The notes: generated by a model from the sequence alone, not told the origin. A stretch of DNA of 64,000 nucleotides from Octopus sinensis (GCF_006345805.1 NC_043004.1:13826001-13890000), one strand, 5' to 3'; positions 1 to 12,380 are shown, numbered from the stretch's first letter. Numbers and translations are program-made.

Positions 1-121
1 GGCTCGATATGAATCACGACTATAAGATACCGCTTTTGGTTACACTGCACCGCAAAATGTGGGAGTAGTTAGGAATCTAAATCGTAGGAGACAGACACAC
101 AACTTCACTTTTATATATAAA

Positions 122-503
122 CTAGCAGTATCGCCCGGCGTTGCTCAGGTTTGTAAGGGAAATAACTATAAAGCATTTTTAGAGAGTTATAGCCAAAAAA
201 TAACAAAAAATGGAAAAAAATGATGGTAAATTTTCTTTTTAGTTAAAAAAGGTGGAGTTGCGTCCCCTAGACAGTTTGCGGTTTGTGTTTCTGATTCTCG
301 ACCCCATGTCGAATTTATCGATTTTTTTCAGAACTGGGGGAACTTTTCAAAATTTTCGCTGCGTTAGTTTTGAATTATGACATTGGGCTATGTGTGTGTC
401 AAGTTTCATCAGAATCGGTTGAAACCCGTGGTCAGGGTGAGGGTACAAGCAAACAGACACACAGAAACACGCACAGACAAACTGCCGTTTATATAGAGAG
501 AGA
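122..503 (-). mobile_element. Non-autonomous Helitron-like element (Lep1-like architecture); a second, truncated one abuts it at 1-120
   Basis: On the minus strand it begins TC (plus GA 502-503) and ends CTAG (122-125) with a subterminal CGCCCGGCG palindrome, in an A|T site. It has an internal (ACAG/ACAC) tract near the 5' end. Confidence 0.6.
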
Positions 504-1089
504 TAAACAAAATAAGCAAAAAAAAAGAAGGAAAAATGATAATATCGAACAAAAAGCAAAAACGTCATTTTATGATAAGCTAAGAAGAAAAATCCCTTTT
601 TTTTTTCCCACCCACCCCCATCCAACCACCCAAGCTACTCATCAAAAACAGCCCTCAACTAAAACTAGAATCTCAGACAAAAAAAAAATCACCCCCATAA
701 TTCATCAATTCTCTCTCTCTCTTACAAAAAGAAATCCACGTTAGTGGGTGTCTGGAGAGTTCTCTCACTCGTGGCATCTTAGGCTTTTCGTTTCCTTTTG
801 TATTTTATATTGGAAAGTACGATGATAAACGGTCAGGCTGTACATTGTTACCGATCTATCAACCAACCAACCAACCATAAATACAGCTTTTTTTTTTACT
901 AAACAACTACATACAACTGCGCTTTCTGTTATTGATGCCGCCGCCGCCGCCGCATTACTTAAATCACTACTGGTGTGGTGGCTGAAAAACTGATTTTTTT
1001 TTGTGTTGTTGCTTTTGTTGCACATTTGTAAAGTTGCTTTATTATTGTTGTTGTTCTCGTTATTGCTGTTACGATTGTTGTTGTCGTTG

Positions 1090-1676
1090 CTGTCTTCTTC
1101 TTCTTATTCCCTTCATCATCATCTTCTTCTTCTTATTCCTTTCATCATCATCTTCTTCTTCTTATTCCTTTCATCATCATCTTCTTCTTCGTCCCTTCAT
1201 CATCATCTTCTTCTTCTTCCCTTCATCATCATCTTCTTCTTATTTCCTTCATCATCTTCTTCTTCCCTTCATCATCATCTTCTTCTTCTTCTTCTTCGTC
1301 CCTTTATCATCATCTTCTTCTTCTTCCCTTCATCATCATCTTCTTCTTATTCCATTCATCATCATTTTCTTCTTCTTATTCCTTTCATCATCATCTTCTT
1401 CTTCCCTTCATCATCATCTTCTTCTTCTTCCCGTCATCATCATCTTCTTCTTCTTCTTCTTCTTCCCGTCATCATCATCATCTTCTTCTTCTTCCCGTCA
1501 TCATCATCATTCTTCTTCTTCTCGTCATCATCATCATCTTCTTCTTCCCGTCATCTTCTTCTTCTTGTTCTTCTTGTTCTTGTTCTTGTTCTTGTTCTTG
1601 TTCTTCTTCTTCTTCTTCTTCTTCTTCTTCTTCTTCTTCTTCTTCTTCTTCTTCTTCTTCTTCTTCTTCTTCTTCC
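1090..1676. repeat. Nested CTT/CAT trinucleotide minisatellite (about 27-30 bp higher-order unit) ending in pure (CTT)n
   Basis: Repeated CTTCTTCTTCTTATTCCCTTCATCATCAT units; this explains ORFs 1001-1711 and 1003-1743. Confidence 0.95.
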
Positions 1677-1934
1677 AGTCAGGACTCAACGCCATTATCC
1701 ACAAAGAATAATCTTTAATTCGAGCCTACTTCTAAGCTACTAAGAATGCGTGTGGCAACTTGAAGATCCACCCACCACACGCGGTAGACTGGCGGTTGCA
1801 CGAAAGTTACGTTGTTATCCTCACTCCGTAAACGGTGGCTTTTAACGAGGGGAGAGCTGAATCGTCCTGGGGTACAGACGATTCGCAATCTAGACTAGGG
1901 TCTGAAGGTTTACCACACAATTTAGATTAGGGTC

Positions 1935-2150
1935 TGAAAGCTACACCATGGTTCCTCTGCTTTGTGGCAGAAGTAGGAAGAAAGAGTGAGAAAAAGTTGT
2001 GGTGAAAGAGTACAGCGGGGTTCAACCCCATCTCCTGCCGGAGCATCGTGGAGTTTATGTGTTTTTGCTCAGTAAACACCCACAATGTCCGATCTGGCAA
2101 TCGAAACCGCGTTCTTACGACCGTGAGTCCGATGCCCTCCACTGTCGTTG
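1935..2150 (-). mobile_element. tRNA-derived SINE fragment (family C)
   Basis: Matches other family C copies (GGAATCGAAACC...CTTACGA motif, AAGAACACAA). Confidence 0.65.
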
Positions 2151-2263
2151 TTGTTGCTGTTGCTGCTGTTTAACTGCAAGTCAGTTCTGATTAAGAAGAC
2201 CACTATGATCAAAGTTATTCTAACATAGTAACAATCATCCCACTCTTAATATTACTTTTCATT

Positions 2264-3240
2264 GAGGCGGCGAGCTGGCAGAAACGTTAGCACTCAGGGC
2301 GAAATGCTTAGCAGTATTTCGTCTGCCGCTACGTTCTGAGCTCAAATTTCGCCGAGGTCGACTTTGCCTTTCATCCTTTCGGGGTCGATTAAATAAGTAC
2401 CAGTTACGCACTGGGGTCGATATAATAGACTTAATCCGTTTGTCTGTCCTTGTTTGTCCCTTCAATGTGTAGCCCCTTGTGGGCAGTAAAGAAATAAGAA
2501 ACGTTAGCACGCCGAGTGAAGTTCTTAGCAGTAGTTCATCTGAGTTCAAATTCTGCCTTGGTCTACTTTGCCTTTCATCCTTTCGGGGTCGATTAAATAA
2601 GTATCAGTTACGCACTAGGGTCGATATTATCAACTTAATCCCTTTGTCTCTCCTTGTTTTCCCCCTCTATGTTTAGCTTCCTGTGGCAATATAGAAATAA
2701 ATATTACTTTTCATTCGTAAGGCAAAGTGCGATGAAAGAATCGTTAAATACACCGGACAAAATGCTTAGCGTCAATTCGTCCATCTTTACCTCCTGCGCT
2801 CAAATTCCACTGAGTTCCACTTTGCATTTCATCCTGTCGGGAACGATAAAATAAGTACCAGTTAAGCACTGGAATCGATGTAATTGACTTTACCCCTCCT
2901 CCGAAATTTCGGGCCTTGTGCCAAAAATTTAAAACCAATGGTACTTTTTATTCGTGGTGCAAAAATCGTTAAGCATGCCGGACAAAAATGCTTAGCATCA
3001 TTCCATCCGTCTTCGTGTTCTGAGCTCAAATTCCGCCGAGGTCGATTTTTTGCCTTTTATCCCTTTCGGTGTCGAATGAAATAAGTACCAGTCGAGCACT
3101 AGGGGTCAATATAATCGACTAACCCCCACCCCCGAAATTGCTGGCCTTGTACCAAATTTCGAAGTATTTAAACACTAAGGCAATGAGCTGGCAGAATTGT
3201 CCCCTCCCTACAAAATTTCAGGTCTTGTGCTTTTATTACA
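2264..3240 (+). mobile_element. Head-to-tail cluster of about 5 tRNA-derived SINEs (family B)
   Basis: Repeated GGCGGCGAGCTGGCAGAA head, B-box-like GAGTTCAAATTCC, and body GGTCGACTTTGCCTTTCATCCTTTCGGGGTCGA. Confidence 0.85.
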
Positions 3241-3247
3241 GAGGTTA

Positions 3248-3324
<77 letters not shown>

Positions 3325-3334
3325 GTTATTATTA

Positions 3335-5460
3335 CTAGCCGAATCACCGCCCTCCGACCCCCGATTCAGCTAGTTCATATCTAAACTCTTGTTCATAGTT
3401 TGAAAGTAAAAAGTGAAACTTACTACAATTTTCTTTAAGAATTTCCTTATAGACAACGTTATCAGTGTAGATTCCTTTCATATTCCTTATACCTGAGTCC
3501 AAAGCCAATATATGCACATTTTTCCCAAAACCAAAGGCAATATATGCAAATTGTTCCCCAAAACAAAACCAATATATGTTCATTGTTCCCAGAACCAAAC
3601 AGGGTTTCCGTTATCTCACTCCTCTTTGGGTTGGTTATCATAGTGATTAAGTAGTCTGGTTTTCCAAACTCTCGCACCAGAACCATTCCAGCTTAGTAAC
3701 ACTCCTTGTAAAACCGAGGAGAACCAGTATGTGGTGGCAGAAGAATGATTTTAGACCCTACATCATTCATGTCACCTTTTGCAATAACATCCAGAAGACC
3801 CTCGTACTTTTCAGCCTTAACCTGTTTCTGATGAGTTCTCAGGAAGTATAATCGATCTTGACTATATCTTTGCATATTGATCCACTATATATTCTTACAT
3901 CAGATGTCTACTTTTCATTATGCCATTGAACTTGTCCTTTCTTACCTGAAGCCGATAAGAATAAAAGTCACATTCAGTGATATTTTTGCTTCGCTCATTG
4001 TCTTTCAAGAGTACATTCCTGCCATCTTCCCTATAGGGAAACAGAAATACATAACGAAGAGGGTCGTAGCTTCTGTGGATTTTACTAATGTAGTCTAACT
4101 TCCTATTGCTCTCTCTGTACTGCACAACATCCACGGGTTTAATGTTTGGATCATTGGTATCGTCTCCCACAATGACCACAGCAGGAATAAGCCGTTTGTC
4201 ATTACTTAAATTAATATCACCGGTAGAACATTTTCCTGGTGTAGAGTATTCCTTGATTATACCAATAGCCTGTTTAAAACTGTTGACATATGAATTGTGC
4301 AAATGCCGTACTCTCTGCAAATCTAGCAGGATGTTCTCATTAAGGCCATTGTTAGCTCCTCTGAATGACAACCTGTTTCTCATCTCATTTTCAGGGTCAA
4401 CGAAATATAGCTGTGCATAGACTGGCTTCCTATTTACTGCTGGTAGGAGATTTCCTATGTGTTGATACAAGTTTCCTTGTATCTTAAAAAAGTGCTACCA
4501 CCCTGTGGTCCATCTGGTGGGTTATCCAGTCCAAGTGAAGCCATAGCCAATAAGTTATTGTAGTCACGAATTTTCTTCAGAAACATTTGACTGCATAGAT
4601 TAACATCATAGAACTTAGTTATTAATTCTGGGGACTATTTTTATCTGTGAAATTTTGTCATTGCTAATTTTTCCTTTACCACAGCAAAGGATAGTTTTCT
4701 CAACACCCCAAAGATAAGCCTTCAGTCAGGGCATGTTCTGTTTAAAATGTTTCTACTGTAGTGCAACATAACGCTTGGGTTTCGTTCTTTCTCATGAAAA
4801 TCTGCCACATCGACTTTTATAGCCATTCTCTCAGTGTCAGTATTTTGCTGAGGAAGTCTTGACTGGTATCATGCCTGGTTATTTGCTTGTCGCTGCTGAA
4901 TTTGTGGCAGCGACGTGTTTTCCCTAGAGTCCTGTATTCTCAGCCGATCAGTAATTGCCCGTGTTTCTGTTTCTTTTGGTGTTTCCATTGCACGGCTTTT
5001 CTGTGTTCTCAGCCGATTCACATTCTTCCGTACTTCTCTTTTTCCTGGTCTTTCCATTGCGCAGGTATCCTGTGTTGTCATCCGATTCTCATTCCTCCGT
5101 GCTTCTGAATCTTCTGATCTTTCCATTCCACGGGTTTCTTGTCTCCTCAGCCGATCTGCATTTCTCTGTGTCTCTGTTTCTTCTGCTGTTTCCCTTGCAC
5201 GGGTTTCTTGCATTCTCCTTCGCTTTATTTCCTGACACTGAGAAGAGTTAGGTCCTTGTCTGTTTTCTTCAATTAATGTTTGTTGTCTTTGCTCAGCAAT
5301 CTTTTGTGAACGGGTAATTTTTCGGGACATGTTGTTGCCCTTTCTATTTCTAGGCATAGTGTACTGTTGAAAGCCTGAATATTTATTACAATTATACAGT
5401 GAAAGTTTTGAGACGATTCAGCTAGTATTTGAGCTAATATCTCTGAACGATAAGTTTTCA
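3335..5460 (-). mobile_element. Internally deleted Helitron (Rep region retained, helicase absent)
   Basis: 3' CTAG terminus at 3335-3338 followed by T, with a GC-rich subterminal hairpin (GCTGAATC...GATTCGGC). Helitron Rep motifs occur in several frameshifted pieces. Confidence 0.85.
3344..5357 (-). pseudogene. Disrupted Helitron RepHel N-terminal/Rep coding region
   Basis: Charged repeat N-terminus (ORF 4869-5357); FKIQGNLYQHIGNLLP...YAQLYFVD and SYDPLRYVFLFPY (3895-4500); KIILLPPHTGSPRFY (3693-3875); VREFGKPDYLITMITNPKRSEI (Rep motif, 3462-3686). The pieces are separated by frameshifts and stops. Confidence 0.88.
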
Positions 5461-5497
5461 CGGTAATAATTGTAAATATTTACCTTGGATATTTATT

Positions 5498-5943
5498 TAC
5501 AATTACACGACTCTGGCTAAACACTATATTAAAGTGCGATTTTTATGTTGTCGAATTGCTCTAAACGAATTTGGCCATTAAAATGTTGTAAATTTAGTAT
5601 TTTTTTAAGGTAATAATAAAATTAGTCGAACCTATTTTCATGCAGTCGAATGCGTAAAGTTTCCGGCATTTTCATACATTTTACGCCTGCAATTTCAGAA
5701 TTCTACGCATGCGTGAAATATCAGACGACAGCACATTCAAATAACATATTCCTACACGCAACGATGTAAACAGACAAAAGAAAAGCTCCGACAGCCGATG
5801 GCATGAAAATAGGTCCCACAAATTTTATTAATGTCTTACAAAATACTAAATTTCCAACATTTTTACGGTCAAATTCGCTTAGAGCAATTCAATAACATAA
5901 AAATCGCACTTTAAGTGTTTAGCGAGTATGGTGTAATTGTAAT
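5498..5943. repeat. Imperfect long inverted repeat (MITE-like)
   Basis: TTACAATTACAC...CTAAACACT...TTAAAGTGCGATTTTTATG... at the left is mirrored by ...CATAAAAATCGCACTTTAAGTGTTTAG...GTGTAATTGTAA at the right. Confidence 0.65.
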
Positions 5944-6116
5944 TTTGACAGCACTGTTTTTTTCTTTTCTTTTCTTTTCAAAATGACACCGATAAAAACA
6001 TTGGAAAGAATGAATGCAGGCGGTTAAGAGAGAATGAAGTAAGAGAAGTAGTGAATATGTGTGAGAGAGAGAGTTACGAGAGGTAACATTGTATGGGAGA
6101 GTGAGTTCAATACGTA

Positions 6117-6162
<46 letters not shown>

Positions 6163-6164
6163 TG

Positions 6165-6460
6165 GAGTCGATCTATTCGACTGCTACCTTCCCCAAAATT
6201 TCGGGCCTTGCGCCTAATGTAGAAAATAATATTTTGGGTCCTCAAAGCAGCGAAGCTGGCAGAAACATTAGCACGCCGGGCGAAATGCTTAGCGGCATTT
6301 CGTCTGTCTTTACGTTCTGACTTCAAATTTCGCCGAAGTCGACTTTGCTTTTCATCCTTTCGGGGTCGATAAATTAAATACCAATTGCGTACTGGGGTCG
6401 ATCTAATCGACTGCCCCCCACCTCCCCAAGAATTTCGGGCCTTGTGCCCAGAGCAGAAAA
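6165..6460 (+). mobile_element. SINE family B copies
   Basis: GCGAAGCTGGCAGAAACATTAGCACGCCGGGCG head and conserved body. Confidence 0.8.
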
Positions 6461-6674
6461 GAATGAATGAATTTTTAGTGGTGTTTGGTTCTATGTAGGT
6501 TGGTATGTATGCTTCTGTCTATACATAGGTAAGTATATTTGAGCCATGCACACACACACACACACACACGCACATACACATTCTCTTCTAATCCTCCCTT
6601 TTAGTTTGCACACAGGGCTCTCCTCCACATGTGTGTGCGTGCGTGTGTGTGTGTGTGTATACATACATACATAC

Positions 6675-6706
<32 letters not shown>

Positions 6707-7014
6707 ATCATAAAGCCAATTAATGATATTTCGATTGCAATCGACTGAAAAGAATATAGCCTACGTGACAAATTTTTACATAACCACTTGAAACGTAAGT
6801 ATTAAATGTATAAGAAATATTATTAATTGATTTGGTTTTAATTCTAATAATGTACGATTCATACTAATAACAAACTAGTTTATCCCTGCAGGGATCATAG
6901 TTATGACGCAATTTGGTATAGAAATGGAATGTTAATCTGAACGATCAAAATTATCTGGTAAAGTACTCGGCATCATAGCATATTATTCAGTGCACACGCA
7001 CCCCCGCACGTACA

Positions 7015-7045
<31 letters not shown>

Positions 7046-7243
7046 GCGCACACGCACACACACACACATACACACATACATACATACATACACACATATA
7101 TTGTTATGTCAGGGATTTATAATTTCGAGGGAACGTGAAATCTTTCTTTTTTTGGAACAGAGGATCTCAAAGCACATTCAAAACGGGTTTTCATGCTTTT
7201 ACTTATAACTTTATGTGCCCCGAGATCCAATATTCAAATTGAG

Positions 7244-7274
<31 letters not shown>

Positions 7275-7383
7275 TGTATGTATGTATACACATATATTTG
7301 AGCACATCCGTACGAAACAAGGTGGAAAAAAATAGTACTCGAATACCGAAGACAGAGTAATATGCTTTTATAAAAGCTGCAAA

Positions 7384-7491
7384 CAAAACTGTTACTTAGA
7401 GTTTCACGTTCCCGTTCGTCGGTCAGTTGTCTGAAAAAATGTCTGCCGATCGAGAACGTGAAACTCTGAGTAACAGTTTTGTAACAATTTT
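7384..7491. ncRNA. Palindromic pair of degenerate type I hammerhead ribozymes (same family as 34.9-35.1 kb)
   Basis: Minus strand reads CCGACGA-ACG GGAA CGT-GAAAC TCTAA GTA ACAG; plus strand reads CTGCCGA-TCG AGAA CGT-GAAAC TCTGA GTA ACAG. The cores are mutated. Confidence 0.5.
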
Positions 7492-7623
7492 CCAGCTTGA
7501 ATAAAAGTACACACACACATATATATATATAATTAATCAATATAGGGTAGCAAAAAATTCAATAGAATTTTTCGCCGCCAGCGGTCTAGTGAGTAAGAGA
7601 AAATAGTCAGAGACTATATATAT

Positions 7624-8037
7624 AAATTCAATAACAATTGAGGAACGGCCTCAATAGGCCATTCGACCCACTAGAAAGAGCAGCCAGGACTCAAACCGCC
7701 AAGTAGTAGTAATTCAGAAATTAAAGGAAAATTAAAAAACATTTACCCTATTCATCTTTAGACAATGCATTGTTTCGACGTTTTTAATGGCAAACCAGCC
7801 TAACTAAATTAAATTAAATTAAACTTAATCAAGTCTTGATTAAGTTAATGTAATTTAATTAGGCTGGTTTGCCATTAAAAACGTCGAAACAATGCATTGT
7901 CTAAAGATGAATAGGGTAAATGTTTTTAAATTTTCCTTTAATTTCTGAATTACTACTACTTGGTGGTTTGAGTCCTGGCTGCTCTTTCTAGTGGGTCGAA
8001 TGGCCTATTGAGACCGTTCCTCAATTGTTGTTGAACT
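7624..8037. repeat. About 205-bp-arm inverted repeat (apex 7834) carrying the 3' half of a hammerhead on each arm
   Basis: Arms are near-perfect reverse complements. GAAAC-AATGCATT-GTC lies at 7886-7901; no CTGANGA is seen upstream. Confidence 0.8.
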
Positions 8038-8074
<37 letters not shown>

Positions 8075-8393
8075 GAGCACTCCATCGGTTACGACGACAA
8101 GGGTCCCAGCTGATACGATCAACGGAACAGCTAACTCGTGAAATTAACATGCAAGTGGCTGAGCACTCCGCAGATACGTGTACACTTAACGTAGTTCTCA
8201 GAGAGATTCAGCGTGACACAGAGTGTGACAAGGCTGGCCCTTTGAAATACAGATACTACTAATTTTTGCCAGCTGAGTGGATTGGAGCAACGTGAAATAT
8301 AGTGTCTTGCTCAAGAACACAACGTGTCGCCTGGAATTGAACTTATGACATTACTATCGTGAACCAAATGCCCTAATCACTAAGCCACGCGCC

Positions 8394-8394
<1 letters not shown>
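8075..8394 (-). mobile_element. tRNA-derived SINE, near full length (family C)
   Basis: Reverse complement begins AGGCGCGTGGCTTAGTGATTAGGG (A box) with a B-box-like AGTTCAATTCC. Confidence 0.85.
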
Positions 8395-8434
<40 letters not shown>

Positions 8435-8658
8435 AAGTATGTATGTGTATGTGTGTGTGTATGTATGTATGTATATTGACACAAACATACGTATGTATAT
8501 ATGTAGTGTAGTAAGAAATTTGCATCTCGACAGCATGGTTCCGGGTTCAAACCCAATGTGTGACACCTTGAGCAAGTGTCTGCCACTATAGCTTCGAGCC
8601 CGTCGAACCGTTGAGAGTGGAGGATTTGGTAGACGGAAACTGAGAGAAGCCTATCGTA

Positions 8659-8659
<1 letters not shown>

Positions 8660-8700
<41 letters not shown>

Positions 8701-8731
8701 TATATATATATGTTTATATATATATTTATAT

Positions 8732-8765
<34 letters not shown>

Positions 8766-8783
8766 TATATATATTATATATAC

Positions 8784-8817
<34 letters not shown>

Positions 8818-8921
8818 ACTATATATATATATATATTTGTATATATATACATATATATAATAGTATATAATATTATTTATATATATATATACATATATAT
8901 ATATATTATTATATATATATA

Positions 8922-8969
<48 letters not shown>

Positions 8970-8978
8970 ATATTATAT

Positions 8979-9037
<59 letters not shown>
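8660..9037. repeat. Long degenerate (TA)n microsatellite
   Basis: Direct reading; explains ORFs 8380-9081, 8664-8870 and 8666-8860. Confidence 0.95.
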
Positions 9038-9040
<3 letters not shown>

Positions 9041-9304
9041 AAATAATGAGGGAGATAAATTAATATTAATTTTGATATCAATTTAAAACCGGTAGTCCAG
9101 CATACAAAAAATCTAAGAAGTCAGAGAAAATTCTAATATATGTGTATTTTGGCAGGGCAAACTGCTAGGTAGTCGGCCGTATGCTAGAAATAGATCATCA
9201 ACGATCAAACTACAAAGAAAATTCTCTAGAGGAAAAATTCAGCGAACACCAGAACCAAATTTGGCGGGCAGGACAGATTAAAATTTATATAAAAAACAGA
9301 ATTA

Positions 9305-9381
9305 AATGCATACCTCGGTTTCGGCCTTTAACGAGAGAATTACTTACATAATTCAAAAGTCCGTGGCTTCATCAGTGCATT
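9305..9381 (-). ncRNA. Type I hammerhead ribozyme (solo copy)
   Basis: Minus strand: AATGCA-CTGATGA-AGCC...(long loop II)...GGCC-GAAAC-CGAG-GTA-TGCATT. It has a 6-bp stem I, GCC/GGC stem II, AC/GT stem III and a GUA cleavage triplet. Confidence 0.8.
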
Positions 9382-9551
9382 CGTTCAATGTAATCTGAAA
9401 AACTAACCCCAGCCTTCTGTGCCAAGACAGACACGTGCTTAGTTTTACCGATTACATTAGGGATAATATTTCAAATGTCTTGGTTCTGGCGCGCTAAGAA
9501 ATTCCTGAAGCGAAGGACTGCAGTAAATAATTCACTGCGGTTAGTGCTTGC

Positions 9552-9584
<33 letters not shown>

Positions 9585-9589
9585 TATAT

Positions 9590-9790
9590 ACTAAGTAATT
9601 AAGGGTTTAGTAGAAAGAATAGCCATAACTCTTTCACTGCTATTTCTAAATTCGGTGTGTGGTGAGGCAAATCGTTGCTAAACCCTTAATTACTTAGTAT
9701 TACTTAAACCTTCCTTGAATGGGGCTTTTACATGCCGAAATCTACTTGGTGAAATTAATGATTATTCCAAATTAATTGATTTCACCCTAT
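9590..9790. repeat. Degenerate hairpins (about 23-bp inverted repeat plus GGTGAAATTAAT/ATTAATTGATTTCACC)
   Basis: ATACTAAGTAATTAAGGGTTTAG vs CTAAACCCTTAATTACTTAGTAT, located between (TA)n tracts. Confidence 0.6.
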
Positions 9791-9800
9791 ATTATTATTG

Positions 9801-9819
<19 letters not shown>

Positions 9820-9850
<31 letters not shown>

Positions 9851-10560
9851 ATCCTTTTGCGGCGTCTCCGTGTCTGCAATTGTCCCTCACTACTGCTTCG
9901 ACAATAGGTGCTGATGTCTTTACGTCCCCAAAACGTAACAGTTTTGCAAAGGTGATCGATTGAATAGATACCAGGCTTTCATACAATGTACTGGCGGTCG
10001 ATTCAATTCATTTGACCAAAATTCTTCGAGGCGGTGCTCCAGCATGGCCACAGTCTTATGACATAAATAAGTAAAAAGATAAAAGGATCATATTTATGTA
10101 TGTACATATATTTACTTACGCACACACACGCACGCACATACATACACACGCACGCACATACATAGTCACACATATACATACACACACATGCACACACACA
10201 CGCATATACGCGCGCACACACACACATACGCACACATCCATACACGCTGCGCATGCGCGAGCACAGGTATGTTGATGCAAACAGGTAAAAAATAGAACTT
10301 AGAATAAGAGTATTTTTTTATTCTTTGACTTGTTTCTCTCATTTGACTCTGGCCATGCTGGAGCACCACTTTTAGTCGAACAAATCGACCCCCAAGACTT
10401 ATTCTTCGTAAGCCTAGTACTTATTCTATCAGCCACTTTTGCCAAACCGCTAGGTTACGGGGGACGAGGCTATAGTAGAATACACTCGCCCAAGGTGCCA
10501 CGCAGTGGGACTGAACTCGGAGCCATGTGAATGGGAAGCAAGCTTCTTACCACACAACCA
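9820..10560. mobile_element. Two partial SINE family A copies (plus 9820-10090, minus 10318-10560)
   Basis: GGCGGTGCTCCAGCATGGCCACAG tail and GGGACTGAACTCGG/CTTACCACACA head match the full copy at 13310. Confidence 0.75.
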
Positions 10561-10726
10561 CATTTTTCTTAACATTTAGGAGAAGTAGCAGAGTGACTGA
10601 AGGGCCGAGAGTTTCGCGAATTGGCACTTATCAAACACACACACACACACACACGTACGCAGACAGAGATACATAAGCGTCGGTTAATTTCGTCAGTATT
10701 GAAATCAGAATTCACAAGTTTGTCAT

Positions 10727-10757
<31 letters not shown>

Positions 10758-11099
10758 ATCTTAGGGCGAGTTCGTATAATGTTAGATTTGTTTTCAGTTC
10801 AAATGGAGAATGGCACGTGTTTGTTCTTTCAAAAGTTCGAGTAGGTGACGAATCTTTGTTGGGAGTGGTTCTGGAAGTGTTTTGCGCTAGGTCTCGTTTT
10901 GTAGTATGGTGACGATAATGGTTCCGGCTATATGACAAAGATAAATAAAGATTATGTTTCAAGTGTCATTAATTCTATAACCAAGAATGCTTTGATCGTA
11001 ATGAATCCAAAACAAGTGATAAATGGAAATAAATTATCAATGCGAAGAAGTCGTTCAAAATAATACAGAGACGTAAATAAGTGCATTGGAAATACGACA

Positions 11100-11800
11100 C
11101 ATAATTGGTTTCAAATTTTGGCACAAAGCCTGTACCTTCGAGAAAGAAGGGTTGTGTCGATTACATCGAACCAGTGTTCAACTGGTATTTATTTTGTCGG
11201 CCCTGGAAAGATGAAAGGCAAAGTCGACCTCGGTGGATTATGGGCTCAGAACGTAAAGATGGATAAAATGCCGCTGAGCATTTTGACTGGCGTCCTAAAG
11301 ATTCTGCCGGTTCGTCGCCCTCACCGTCTTATTATTCATAATAATCTTTATGGCAGCGAACTGCCTAAATCTTTAGCACGCCGAGCAAAATGCTTAGCGG
11401 CATTTCGTCCGTCTTTACGTTCTGATTTCAAATTCCGCTGAGGTCAACATTGCCTTTCATCCCATCGGCAACGATAAAATAAATGCAAGTTGAGCACTAG
11501 GGTGGATGAAATCAAATTACCCCTTACCCCGAAATTACTGGCCTTGTGCCAAAATTTGAAATCAACAATGATAATAATCCTATCTATTACAAGCACAAGG
11601 CCTGCAATTTTGTGGGAGGGAGCTAGTTGGTTATATCAATTCCCAGTGATCAACTGGTATTTATTTATCTATTTATTCATTTATTTACCTGGAAAGGATG
11701 AAAGGCAAAGTCGACCACAGTGATTTTGAATTTGTAGTCACAGCGTAAATATGGACGAAAATCAACGAATCATTTTGTCCGGCGTGTCAACGACACTTCC
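11100..11800. mobile_element. SINE family B copies in both orientations
   Basis: GATGAAAGGCAAAGTCGACC on both strands. Confidence 0.75.
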
Positions 11801-12019
11801 AGGTCACCAACAATCCTTTGAAAGTGGTTGCTTGAAATCTGAAAGTTTTATTGTTGAATGCCTTTTGAACGTTTGTGTTCAGCCGTTGTTATTGTGTGTG
11901 TTTTGTTGTTGGTAATGTGATTTTATCCCCGCTTTTTTTTTTTTTTTTTTTTATAAATAAACCATTTTGATAAACGAATCTTATCCCCGTGGCCGCTTCT
12001 TTTCAATCTGCCTAATCGC

Positions 12020-12380
12020 TCTCAAGATAAAGGACGGGGACATACTTCGGAAGAAGTCATGCTGTGATACCTTCTCCAGCGACACCTTGGTGTGTTCAGC
12101 CACCACCTCAGGCTCTGCTACTCATTAGACTGAGAAAGGCGAACTGTCAACGTATCGGTCGTTCTCTGACAGGTTTATAGTTGAGCCTGTTGCAGTGAAG
12201 ACTTACGGCATTATCAGCCACCGGACCATATCATTGCTCACCGTTATCAGGGCGGAGATAGCTGTCCGCAAGTGTGAGTCCCGTGAGTCAGAGTAGCTGT
12301 TTCAGCACCGCATCTCCCTCGCCAACTTCCGTAGCAACGCCTTTTCCATTTTGTCTGCTGGGTCTAAATTACAGGAAATT
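12020..12380 (+). pseudogene. CRE-like non-LTR retrotransposon, C-terminal restriction-like endonuclease fragment
   Basis: Manual translation KDGDIL...CCDTF...YRSFSDRFIVEPVAVKTYG...RESE*LFQHRISLANFRSNAFSILSA resembles the RPDG...WDxTCxDT...FxPxAxETxG...QRxSxAxQRGNA pattern of CRE-type endonucleases; two in-frame stops. Confidence 0.75.

Noticed and set aside
1001-1743. 236-aa and 246-aa ORFs
   Set aside because: Translations of a CTT/CAT repeat whose unit length is not consistently a multiple of three; no domain content.
8380-9081. 233-aa ORF, and the many similar YI/HT/CV-rich ORFs (17-18, 36, 39-41, 49, 57 kb)
   Set aside because: Stop-free frames of (TA)n, (CA)n, (TATC)n and (TACA)n microsatellites.
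10612-10700. Minus-strand CTGACGA and a downstream GAAAC
   Set aside because: No stem I, II or III pairing; separated by a (TG)n tract.
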